A DNA stretch of 64,000 nucleotides, taken from positions 1,177 through 65,176 of the forward strand of contig CAVQQV010000049.1 of NCBI GenBank assembly GCA_963714885.1. The letters run 5' to 3'. The position numbers and the translations under genes were made by a program. Source of the stretch: Candidatus Sulfomarinibacteraceae bacterium. Lineage in GTDB: Bacteria > Acidobacteriota > Thermoanaerobaculia > Thermoanaerobaculales > Sulfomarinibacteraceae. Under the pieces are notes generated by a model. The model made no database searches and had not been told where the DNA came from. It saw only the letters and a list, made by a program, of their open reading frames with translations. Shown piece after piece: positions 55,275 through 64,000 of the stretch; within the stretch, counting starts at the first letter, position 1, and each line of letters opens with the position of its first letter.

Positions 55275-55288
55275 GAACTTGACGCACG

Positions 55289-55317
55289 AAAAACGGGCAG
55301 GGGTGACTCCCTGCCCG
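55289..55317 (-). terminator. Rho-independent terminator
   Basis: CGGGCAGGG/CCCTGCCCG hairpin plus U5 on the minus strand, downstream of 55349-55813. Confidence 0.75.
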
Positions 55318-55348
55318 ATTGCTTGCCGGCGATGTCGGGAACGACACT

Positions 55349-55813
55349 CTACTTGGCGAGCGGAATGTCCTTGGCGATCTCCATCATCATCGTGGTCTCG
55401 AGCTTGTTCTCGGCCTGGAACAGTCGAACGACCTTGTTGAGTGGAATCACGTCGTCAAAGAGGTCCGCGTACTCGCGCTCGAGAGCGAGCATCTTGCCCT
55501 CGATCTCGAAGCTGGCGCTCAACAGACCGCGTGCGATCTCGGGCCCCATGGTGTCGTAGCCCGTAAGAAACATGGCGATGACGTCGATCCGTTCCGCCCA
55601 CAAGACGCCCTTGAGTTTGGAATACTCTTCGTAAAGAGGCCAGAAACCGGCCGCTTCCTCTTCGCTGAGATCGAGGACGCCGGCGATGAGGTCGTCCCAC
55701 TCCTCGGTCAGAACCTGGTAGGTGAGAATCGTCTCGTCCCGGATCTGGGCTTGAGCGTTGCCGAGTGTGAACAGGATCAGTGTGAGGGCGAACACAGCGG
55801 TTTTCGTTTTCAT
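55349..55813 (-). CDS. Secreted helical hypothetical protein (LxLSEEE..FWPLY motif)
   Basis: Signal peptide ending AQA; SD GGAG; own terminator. Confidence 0.75.
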   Translation of the reverse strand: MKTKTAVFALTLILFTLGNAQAQIRDETILTYQVLTEEWDDLIAGVLDLSEEEAAGFWPLYEEYSKLKGVLWAERIDVIAMFLTGYDTMGPEIARGLLSASFEIEGKMLALEREYADLFDDVIPLNKVVRLFQAENKLETTMMMEIAKDIPLAK

Positions 55814-55883
55814 TTTCTCTCCCCGTGACCTTCGCGGTCAGGCTATTCTAACCCGCTTTTTTCACCGCGACAGTCACAGAAAC

Positions 55884-55906
55884 GCCCCTCCCTGACCGGG
55901 AGGGGC
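55884..55906 (-). terminator. Probable terminator hairpin
   Basis: GCCCCTCCC/GGGAGGGGC 9-bp stem downstream of the CarboxypepD-repeat gene. Confidence 0.5.
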
Positions 55907-55932
55907 ATTTGACTGGATCGCGTGGCCGGTCT

Positions 55933-58900
55933 TCAGTTGAGATCGAGTTCGGTGGGTTCGCCTTCCCGGATACGGACCTGGCCCTGCCGCGGCCCGTTTT
56001 CGGTCCCCACCGAGATGATGTAGTCGTCGGCCTGCAACGGACCGATACGGACGCCGCCACCGATGGGTCGTGGCGGGCTGGCCATGGTCAACAGACTGGT
56101 GATGTCGACGCCGTCGGAGGTCATGACCCGCACCGACGGTCCGCGTTTGCTGACACCGGCTGTCGAGCCCGCCTTGGCACCGACGGAGGAACCGACCCAG
56201 ACATCCACATAACCACCTCGACCGAGGTCGAGTTGGGCCTGAAGCCGGTCACCGTCGTCGACAAACAAGATTCTCACCGCACCCGGTGGCTCCGCCGTAG
56301 GCAAAACCACAGGCGCGATAGGAACCGGCGGAGATGCCGGAAAAGGTGGCGAGCCCGCCGCCGTCGGTGAAACCGGTCGAGGTTTCGGGGCCCACCAGAT
56401 AGACCGGTGCGCCACCCGCGGACCCGGCGGCCGCGTGGACCGCCAACATGATATTGGCCCCGTCAGGCGGCTGCAGTTCGAGGACCAGCGGGCCCTCGAC
56501 GGAGCCGTCGCGGAGATCCAGCTCGGAAGGTTCCGAGGGAGAGAACTCAGTGTGGTCGGCAGTCAGGACCAGCCGTCCGGGCTCGAGCCCGCGCACCGCG
56601 AAGCGACCTTCACCGTCGGTGAATGCCGACACCTCCTGGGCACCGTCGCCGGCACGAGCGACGACCGACGCTCCCGCCACCGGCCGGCCCCCGGTATCGA
56701 TGACCAGGCCCTCGACCGATGCGTCGGAGTACTGGATGGCGCACTGGAACGACTCCACCCGCGGTACGTCGAGGATCCGTGTTACCGGCGCCGCTCCCGC
56801 GTCCGGTGGCGTGTAGGCGGCGTAGTACCGGCCCGCATCCAGACCCTTGCCGGTGAACCGACCGTCGCCGCTGACCGCGAACTGGACCGGCTGGCTGTCG
56901 ATGCCGAAAATCTGGCGATCGGCGGTGAGGCGCTGCATCATGACCACCACGCCGGCAGCCTGTGAGTCATCGGTCGTGAGGACAAGCGTGCCGCCCTGGG
57001 CGCGATTGTTGCCGAGCCAGATCTCACCCTCGATCTGGATGCCGCCGAGCATGAGGTCGGCCTCGACCGTTTCGCGGGCATCGCCTTCCACGGTTTCCCG
57101 CGCCTTCTGCTCGCCGTGACTCGCGGTCACGTTCCACCGTCCAACCGGCAGTCTTTCGGCGCGGAAATACCCGTCGTGGTCGGTGCGTACGGTGGTCTCG
57201 GAGAAGTAGGCATAGGTCGCGGCCTCGGTGATTTCCACCACGGCGCCGGTGATCGGGCGCTCGGCGCGATCGTAGACCCTGCCGACGATCGTCATCCCGG
57301 CGTCCATTTCCACATCACCGATGTCGAAACCGACGTCGTCGGGCTCGACATCGTCCAGCCGCCAGGTGGCATAGCCGGCCGCACGAACCTGAGCCCTGCA
57401 CGGTCCGGCGTCGAGACCCTCGAGCAGAAAGAGCCCATCAGTATCGGTCAACACCGAGGGCACGTCCTGGACGGAGTCGGGGGCGCGAAAGACCGAGGGC
57501 GACCCCGGTTCGCAGCTCACCTCGGCCCCGGTGACAGGTTGCACCGTGTCGGCGTCGAGGATTCGACCGGCAATGGCGAGACCGCGCTCCGGCACGGCGG
57601 CGGGCAGGACGATTTGCTCGGTCACCGAGACCTCGACCCGCTCGCTGACGATGGTGGCCGCTCCGGGCAGGCGGACCGACAACGAATAGGTGCCGGCCTC
57701 GAGACCGGTGACCCGGGCGATTCCGATCTCAGCATCCCACGTGCCCTTGCCCGATCTCGTTTCGCGGCCCAGCGGGTCGTAGGCCTGCCACCGCACCTTG
57801 ACCTCGTCTGCGGCAAAGCGGCGGGCCGACAGTACCTGTTGTTCGATCACCGCGCCTCCGGGAACGATGATCACCACTTGAGCGCGGTCGACCGTAAAGC
57901 TGCCCTCCCACATCCCGAAGCCTTCACCGAAGATCTTGACCGGGATCGTCTCGCCCAGGGCCACTCCCTGAACCGCCAGTTGACCGCGGTGGTCGGCCAC
58001 GTGCAGGCGCTCGTTGAAGTACAGCATCGCGTCGGCGGCGGGGGTGTTGACCTCGTTCTTCACCACCAGCACGATGTCCCGCCCCGGCGCCAGTTCGAGG
58101 CTCACCGGTGTTGTCTCCTTGTCGGCTGCGATCTCGATCGCCGCCTCGTTGCAGGCCCGACCTGGCGCACAGGCGCGGACCCTGATGGCCCCCGGCAGCA
58201 GACCGCCGACGGTGAAAGACCCCTCGCCATCCGTCGTCGCGAACTGGCGATAGCGGAAGCTGTCGAGCTCGGAAATCTCTCCCATCGCCTCGATGGATGC
58301 GCCGGCGAGGGGGTTGCCCTCGGCGTCGCGGACAGTTCCACCGACAGTCATCCCGTCCTCGAGCGGGAGTTTCTGAACCAAAGGCAGACCCTGAAACGCG
58401 CCCACGAGCGGCACTTTGCCCTGGGCGACGATGATGCCTACATATCCCGCCTCGCGATCGAGGTCCTGGACCTCGATGATGCCGGGGGCGTCGATCTGGT
58501 ACTTCTCGGCGACGTTGACAAAGAGGCTGGTGACGTTGATCTGGTCCTCGCGGGCGAGCCACATTCGGGCCTCGGTCGCCGGTTGCAGCTCGATTCTGAG
58601 GTCCCCGCGTGGCGTCAGGAGCACCGGGTGCCGCCGGCCGTCGGTTTGCGGATTGAATGTCTTCGGCCCATACCCCGGCGCCGAAACGGTCAGCCGTTCC
58701 GCGCCGCTGCAGATCAGATCGAGGTTTCCGTTGGACGCGGTCCACGAGGCCTCGGTCAGCTCCCGAGGGGCGTCAGCGATCTCCCACAAAAGGTTCCCGG
58801 CCGCGATGGGTTTGTTGGTTGCCGCATCGAGCACCACGTGTTGCGCGGTCGAAAGGGCCGGCAGTTGCAGGTTTCCGGCCTCGTCCGGTTTCACCAGAAG

Positions 58901-59065
58901 GGGTTCGCCCGGGCCCGTTCGGACCCACACACCGGCATTCGTCTGCACCGTGAGAACGTCAGCAGCCGTAGTACCGTCGGAAAGGACCACGTTCTGACCC
59001 GCTCCGGCCACGGCTACAACCATCGCCAACCCTGCAACGATGACGAACGTCGTGTGTTTCATCAT
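55933..59065 (-). CDS. Secreted carboxypeptidase-regulatory-like (CarboxypepD_reg) repeat protein (frameshift near 56265)
   Basis: Signal peptide; repeated G.V.D..G.P..GA.V / TD.EG.F...GL.PG units; continues into ORF 55933-56415. Confidence 0.82.
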
Positions 59066-59082
59066 GTTCTCCAGTGCTCTCG

Positions 59083-60156
59083 TTACCGCGGAACCTCCGC
59101 ATTCGACACATCCACCTGCCACACGATGGTTTTGGACGAAGGTTCCCATGTTTCTTGACCGACCAGAATCAGGCGGTCATTGTCAGCATCAGCCGCGATC
59201 AGGCGACCGGCGACGACGCCGGGCAACGGAAGCCCGACCGCCACAGGTTCGCCGCTCAGGTGGTACAGATCGAGCTCGTGACGCTGCCGAAGCGGCCCAT
59301 CGGGCAACCCGATGACAACGCCCACGAGATCGTCTCCCAGAATCACGGGTCGCTTGACCAGTGATTGCGCAAGTTCCCAACGCGCGTATTCCCTGAGCCC
59401 CGAGGGGTCGTGGACCGGCGTGTAGGCGTCCCAGTTCGGCGGGCGGAACTTCGGGTTCGTGCCGCGCCAGACCTTTTTCAGACGGTCGTGTTCGTCGAAG
59501 ACGAACACCGAGTAACTCCGCGGGTCGACAAAGACCCAACCGCCATCGGGCAGCGCGGCCAGACCGCCGCTGGTGATGCCCTGAAAATGGATGCGTTTGA
59601 TCGTGTCCGACATCGGCATCGATGCCGGGTACTCCTGCAGCGGGACGATCTCCCCGTCATCGTACTGGATGAAGAGGTAGGGCGTACCGCCGACAGACGC
59701 GTCCGGACGGGCAATACCGTAGAGCACCGTCCGGTCGCCAAACACCAGGGGCTGTCCGCTGGGCGAGCTCCGCATTCCCGGATACTCGAGCAGGAAACGC
59801 CAGCTGGTGTCGTAGTAGACCCAGAAATAACGGTCGCCGAAGATCAGGCAGCGCTCCGGTCCGCAGCCCAGATGCTGCGGACCGGTGACCTGACCTTTTT
59901 CGGTGCCTATCGGGAGAACTGAGCGCAGATCCTTCCCTGTCCGGAGATCGACCTCTCGGAGCCCGCTGGTGTAGTCGGGGAGAAAGAGCCGGTCGCCGCG
60001 GACCACTGCGTCCACGACCATGTACGCCGGTTTTTCGAGATCCACCGCGCGCGCCGAACACGCGCCACGGACAGGTTCAACCGGCGAAGCCAGAACCCAA
60101 GCACACAGCAGGGTCCCGAATAGTCCTTGCACAGCCACCCTCAGGGTGTGCTGCAT
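59083..60156 (-). CDS. Secreted putative 6-bladed beta-propeller protein
   Basis: Signal peptide; GTEKGQVTGP (NHL-like), short beta-strand repeats, YSVFVFD. Confidence 0.6.
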   Translation of the reverse strand: MQHTLRVAVQGLFGTLLCAWVLASPVEPVRGACSARAVDLEKPAYMVVDAVVRGDRLFLPDYTSGLREVDLRTGKDLRSVLPIGTEKGQVTGPQHLGCGPERCLIFGDRYFWVYYDTSWRFLLEYPGMRSSPSGQPLVFGDRTVLYGIARPDASVGGTPYLFIQYDDGEIVPLQEYPASMPMSDTIKRIHFQGITSGGLAALPDGGWVFVDPRSYSVFVFDEHDRLKKVWRGTNPKFRPPNWDAYTPVHDPSGLREYARWELAQSLVKRPVILGDDLVGVVIGLPDGPLRQRHELDLYHLSGEPVAVGLPLPGVVAGRLIAADADNDRLILVGQETWEPSSKTIVWQVDVSNAEVPR

Positions 60157-60203
60157 GACCTCAGCCTGACCAGACTACCTGTGGGTACCGACGTCTTGCC
60201 CCC

Positions 60204-60407
60204 TTACGGGCGAGACGGATACACCCAGATCACATAGCAGTCGTACGGCAGAGGTGCACATCCATTGGGATGATTCGGCGTATAGACCATCCACCCCATC
60301 TGGTAGACATCCGCCGCTTCGGCCAGCCCGGGTGCCAGTAGCGCCGGCACGATCGCGCCGACAATCATTAATGTGACGACTATGAACCCGATCTTCCTCT
60401 TTGACAT
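60204..60407 (-). CDS. Small secreted peptide (31-aa signal + 36-aa Cys-pair, aromatic-rich mature part)
   Basis: SD GGAGG; MSKRK + hydrophobic core + AEA cleavage site; mature ADVYQMGWMVYTPNHPNGCAPLPYDCYVIWVYPSRP. Confidence 0.7.
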   Translation of the reverse strand: MSKRKIGFIVVTLMIVGAIVPALLAPGLAEAADVYQMGWMVYTPNHPNGCAPLPYDCYVIWVYPSRP

Positions 60408-60754
60408 GTTCCACCCTCCATCATGAGTTAGGGACAACTTATCGACGAGGTTGCCTTGCTGTCAAGGGATATTCTCGATTTCGGAGCTCATTTGCATCAG
60501 GGCCAAGGAGGGACTGGAGGTGACGGAGGTGGCCTCCAAAGTCGTTCCATCGATGCCGCTTACGGGTGAGGAAGCTGGACAGTTGGTCGAAATAACTGTC
60601 CTTCACCGCCGATTTTTCGCAGGTTTCAGGCGTGTGATGTGCATCACAAAACACGAGGATTGACTGCGACCCAACCAGCCTTTCGCGGTTGGAAGTGAGG
60701 TTTCTCACACTCGAGGATCGTGTTAGTTTCATTTCATGCAGCGGGGAGTTTTTG

Positions 60755-61264
60755 ATGTTCCAGCGCCTGGTCCCTATGGTCTGTCTCGTCGTCCTGGTTG
60801 TTTCTCCGGCGGCGGCGTTCGATCTGAATCTCGCGATCGGCGCTGATTTCGCGGGTGATTTCGACGCCGGCAACATCAGTTTCAGCTCGGACACCGGCTA
60901 CACATTGGGCCTCGAGTTGGCATTCAAGATTCCTTTGATCGAGGCCGGCGTCGGGCTCGAGTACGGCTTTTCACGCGGTGCCGAGGCGGTCGATGTCGAT
61001 GGATCCTATTACCAGCTCTACGCCATCGGCCGGTTCTTTATTGGTCCGGCCTACATCGCGGGGCGTTTCGGCTACTCAGACGTCTCCTTTTCAGAAGCGG
61101 TTGACGGCACTTCCGACGGCGGCGCGTGGGGGTTGGGGGGCGGTGTGGAACTCTTCGGCAAGCTCAAGATCGAGCTCCTCTTCAACAGTCTTGGCGGCGA
61201 TTTTTCGTACGAAGGTTGGACGTTGCGCCTCCTCTACACGTTTCTAAAGTTGGGCGGGGCATGA
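60755..61264 (+). CDS. Small outer-membrane beta-barrel protein (probable extra T near 61242; true end ..LLYTF* at 61247)
   Basis: Signal peptide AAA-F; alternating aromatic/Gly strands; the corrected C-terminus has a terminal Phe beta-signal. Confidence 0.75.
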   Translation: MFQRLVPMVCLVVLVVSPAAAFDLNLAIGADFAGDFDAGNISFSSDTGYTLGLELAFKIPLIEAGVGLEYGFSRGAEAVDVDGSYYQLYAIGRFFIGPAYIAGRFGYSDVSFSEAVDGTSDGGAWGLGGGVELFGKLKIELLFNSLGGDFSYEGWTLRLLYTFLKLGGA

Positions 61265-61301
61265 AAACCGGTGCGGTGTTTCGGGCCCCAAGCCTCAAGC
61301 C

Positions 61302-62147
61302 CTAAATAGGGAATCCGAAGCTCAGGCGCCAGCCGTCGATGTTCGGCCCCCACCGATAGGCGATGCCGATCCGCGGCAGAGTGATGAACCATAGCTTGAT
61401 CCTCGGACGCGTGCCGAATGCGAGACCGATTTCGTTGTCGTACTGGATCCGGATCGGTTCTGCATCGGGCCTCGCGAGCAGGGCGTCGATGTACTGGCGA
61501 CGGATCGCATAGGGGCTCAGATACGCCTGGTTGCCGGAGATTTCAAAACCGAGGGGAAAACCGACGTCGAGCCCGACGAGAAGTTCGAAGAAGTCGTCCG
61601 AAAGCTCGAGATCCGCCTGAAAGGTGGACAGATATTGCACCATGGTCCCGAGGCGGAACCGGACCTCGCGTTGTTGCCATTCGGTCAGGGTGCGCATCCC
61701 GACCGACCAGACACCGAAATCGACATCCTGGTCGAAGTCCCTGGCATAGCCGATCTCGGTGAAGGGCTTGAGTGTCCAGCCCTTTCCGACCGGCACCAGA
61801 AATTCGACTCCCGGTGTGGCTGCCAGCGATTGGAATCGAAGATTGAGATCGGCCGCGTTGGCAAAGTTGAGGTCGTAAATTCCGGCGTAGACGATGAGCC
61901 GCAAGCGGAGGCCCCAACCCCGTTCATCGGGTTGGATGATGGTGTAGCCGATGGGGATGCGGACATCATTGACGGTGCCGTTCGAAACGGTTGAATCACT
62001 CATTCCGAGAGCGAAGAGCAAGGGCGCGGCCGGCGGCGTGCCGGTCTGGGCGTCCGCAAGCACCGGGAGGGCCAGCAAGACGACGGTTACCAGGACCCCC
62101 AACGCTGCCTTATCCGAAGATGGCAAGATCCTTCGCGAGGTCGTCAC
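61302..62147 (-). CDS. Putative outer-membrane protein
   Basis: Signal peptide; amphipathic beta-strand pattern; ends WRLSFGFPI. Confidence 0.6.
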   Translation of the reverse strand: MTTSRRILPSSDKAALGVLVTVVLLALPVLADAQTGTPPAAPLLFALGMSDSTVSNGTVNDVRIPIGYTIIQPDERGWGLRLRLIVYAGIYDLNFANAADLNLRFQSLAATPGVEFLVPVGKGWTLKPFTEIGYARDFDQDVDFGVWSVGMRTLTEWQQREVRFRLGTMVQYLSTFQADLELSDDFFELLVGLDVGFPLGFEISGNQAYLSPYAIRRQYIDALLARPDAEPIRIQYDNEIGLAFGTRPRIKLWFITLPRIGIAYRWGPNIDGWRLSFGFPI

Positions 62148-62167
62148 TCCGGAAGTATACGAAAGAC

Positions 62168-62197
62168 AAAAAACGACCCGGCGCGGGCCGGGTCGTT
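62168..62197 (-). terminator. Rho-independent terminator of the OmpA gene
   Basis: CGACCCGGC/GCCGGGTCG hairpin plus U6 on the minus strand. Confidence 0.8.
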
Positions 62198-62217
62198 GCA
62201 GAGAGCTGAATGAAAGA

Positions 62218-63645
62218 TCAGCGTTCGGTCGGAGCGAAATCCACGCGCCGGTTCATGGCGCGGCCTTCGGCCGTATTGTTGGGCGCGATGGGCTCGTTAG
62301 GCCCGAAGCCCTTGGTCGTCAACCGGTCGGCGGCGACGCCATTGGTGACAAGGAAGTCCCTGACGGAGTCCGCCCGCATCTTGGAGAGCTCCATGTTCCA
62401 GGCCATCGGCCCCGTGCTGTCGGTGTTGCCCTGGACCTCAACCGCGTATTGCTGGTTCTTGTTGAGGAACGTGGCGACCTTGATCAGCAGTTCCTGAGCT
62501 TCCGGGGTGAGTACCGCCTTGTTGACGGCGAACAGGATCTTGCCCCGCACGAACCACTCGTTGCCGGCGACCTCGATCCCCGCCAACTGGCAGCCGGTGT
62601 CGTCGACCGGGACGCCTCTGGGAGTGCCGGGGCACTTGTCGAGATTGTCGGGCACGCCGTCACCGTCGGTGTCGGGGCACCCGTTGGCGTCCACCGCCAT
62701 GCCCTTGGGGGTGCCGGGGCAAAGATCGAGAGTGTCGGGCACGCCGTCGCCGTCGGAGTCGAGAGGACAGCCGTTGGCGTCGACCTTGGTGCCCTTGGGG
62801 GTGCCGGGGCACTTGTCGAGGTAGTCCGGCACGCCGTCGCCGTCGCTGTCGAGCGGACACCCGTCGCTGTCGACCTTCACACCCTTCGGTGTGTCGGGGC
62901 ATTTGTCGAGGTAGTTCGGGACACCGTCGCTGTCGTCATCGGGGTAGAGAAAGACGTCGATCACGAAGGCTTCCATGTCCGCTGACGACAGCAGGTCGAA
63001 ATCGGACTTGACAAAGCCTTTTCCGCCGGCGGCCACGACCTGCTCGAGGAGGTGGCGGCCCTTCGCGGCATCGCCGATCTGAACGGCATAGATGGTGATG
63101 GCGTCACCGAATGCGGCCTTGAGGGACTCGACGGCCGCGATTTCCTTCTTGCCCATGTGCAGGCCGTCGCTGACGATTACGATCGCTGTCGGCAGCTTTT
63201 TGTTGCTGAGGTCGGTGCCGGCGGCGTCCAAAGCGAGGTTGAGGGGGCTGTTGCCGTTGGCGCACTGGACGCGAGCCACGCCATCGCCGAAGGCACTTGA
63301 AAGATAGTCGGCCACTTCGACGATGGAGACGGTCTTGCCCTTCGATTTGCACAGACCGCGGCCGAAGGACCTCAGTCCACCTTCGTAGCTGAGGCTCGGA
63401 ATCGTCTGGTTGAGGCTCGACAGCAGATCCTCTGCTATCGTCAACTTGCGTTCACCGTTGCTGCGATCGGCCATCGACAGCGAACCGTCGGTGATGACCA
63501 CAAACTGGTCCACCTTGGGCACGAACTTCTCGGCGTTGAGAGAGCCTGGTTCAAAAGTCATTGATTGGTGCGACGACGCGCAGCCCTGAAGCAGTGCGAC
63601 GGCTACGACGATCATCAGCGCGGACATCATTGTTTTCTTCATCAT
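62218..63645 (-). CDS. OmpA-family lipoprotein with vWA domain and thrombospondin type 3 (Ca-binding) repeats
   Basis: Lipobox LQGC; DGSLSM and IVSDG (vWA MIDAS); four DxDGDGVPD..D.CP repeats; GNTDSTG..N..LS..RA..V and NRRV. Confidence 0.92.
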   Translation of the reverse strand: MMKKTMMSALMIVVAVALLQGCASSHQSMTFEPGSLNAEKFVPKVDQFVVITDGSLSMADRSNGERKLTIAEDLLSSLNQTIPSLSYEGGLRSFGRGLCKSKGKTVSIVEVADYLSSAFGDGVARVQCANGNSPLNLALDAAGTDLSNKKLPTAIVIVSDGLHMGKKEIAAVESLKAAFGDAITIYAVQIGDAAKGRHLLEQVVAAGGKGFVKSDFDLLSSADMEAFVIDVFLYPDDDSDGVPNYLDKCPDTPKGVKVDSDGCPLDSDGDGVPDYLDKCPGTPKGTKVDANGCPLDSDGDGVPDTLDLCPGTPKGMAVDANGCPDTDGDGVPDNLDKCPGTPRGVPVDDTGCQLAGIEVAGNEWFVRGKILFAVNKAVLTPEAQELLIKVATFLNKNQQYAVEVQGNTDSTGPMAWNMELSKMRADSVRDFLVTNGVAADRLTTKGFGPNEPIAPNNTAEGRAMNRRVDFAPTER

Positions 63646-64000
63646 TCCTCCTCATGGTCGTATGTGGTGGCCGAATCCGTTGCCCGCTGCGAAACGACTC
63701 GCCTCGGTTCCCCGGTTCCGTTTTCATCGGTTTTCGGCTCGTTGAAAAACGTCATCGAAGTCTGCCACAGGTGTTGCGGTTCCGCAACTCTCGACGAGAG
63801 CGCGGGGTGATGCCGGGGATTGCGCCTTCGTGGGCGTTTGGATAGGCTGACCTCGAAACCCCCCCCGACGCATGTCGCGATTGCCTGGGCGACATGGGCG
63901 GATCTGAGTTTCCGAAGGTGGATCATGACAAGGACGCGAGTCATTGGAACGCTGATGTTTTTTCTCATCGTGACTTGCACCGTTGTCGGCGCTGCCGCCG

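Noticed and set aside
60204-60407. RiPP precursor
   Set aside because: It has a Sec-type signal rather than a leader, and no modifying enzyme or peptidase-transporter is nearby.
62560-62945. Tandem ~60-bp DNA repeats
   Set aside because: They encode the thrombospondin type 3 repeats of the OmpA protein.
63646-64000. ORFs or riboswitch upstream of the OmpA gene
   Set aside because: No recognisable protein or RNA motif.

Overview
High-GC bacterial chromosomal segment. Gene content and style suggest an Acidobacteriota (Thermoanaerobaculia-like) MAG; this is inference only. At least 8 otherwise well-conserved genes are broken by single-base frameshifts, most likely long-read indel errors. In order: (1) a phosphate island (pstC-pstA-pstB-phoU-phoB-phoR converging on PiT-PhoU, Na+/Pi cotransporter and PhoU-like genes); (2) a lipid kinase and an ECF sigma/anti-sigma/Spy-like operon; (3) the housekeeping run rplU-rpmA-obgE-nadD-rsfS-rlmH-dksA-holA plus a sigma54 regulator; (4) mannose-1-P guanylyltransferase, a HAD hydrolase, a pair of giant DUF3857/transglutaminase-like secreted proteins and rsgA; (5) a divergent class III nucleotide-cyclase-like gene head-to-head with a degenerate cNMP-binding/DUF4388 gene, followed by a PDZ-GAF-PAS histidine kinase and an NtrC-type regulator; (6) mnmA, SMUG1-like UDG, ggt, a dynamin-like GTPase, a VPS10 protein, a pentameric ligand-gated ion channel, nhaA, MscS and a STAS protein; (7) a small secreted Cys-pair peptide / beta-propeller / CarboxypepD-repeat operon, outer-membrane proteins and OmpA. 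No rRNA, tRNA, CRISPR array or intact transposase was recognised. Best novelty candidates: the cyclase/cNMP-DUF4388 pair, non-canonical at several motif positions; a dispersed 100-bp covarying hairpin element that brackets the ECF operon; inverted heptamer arrays abutting stop codons; and the peptide-propeller operon.
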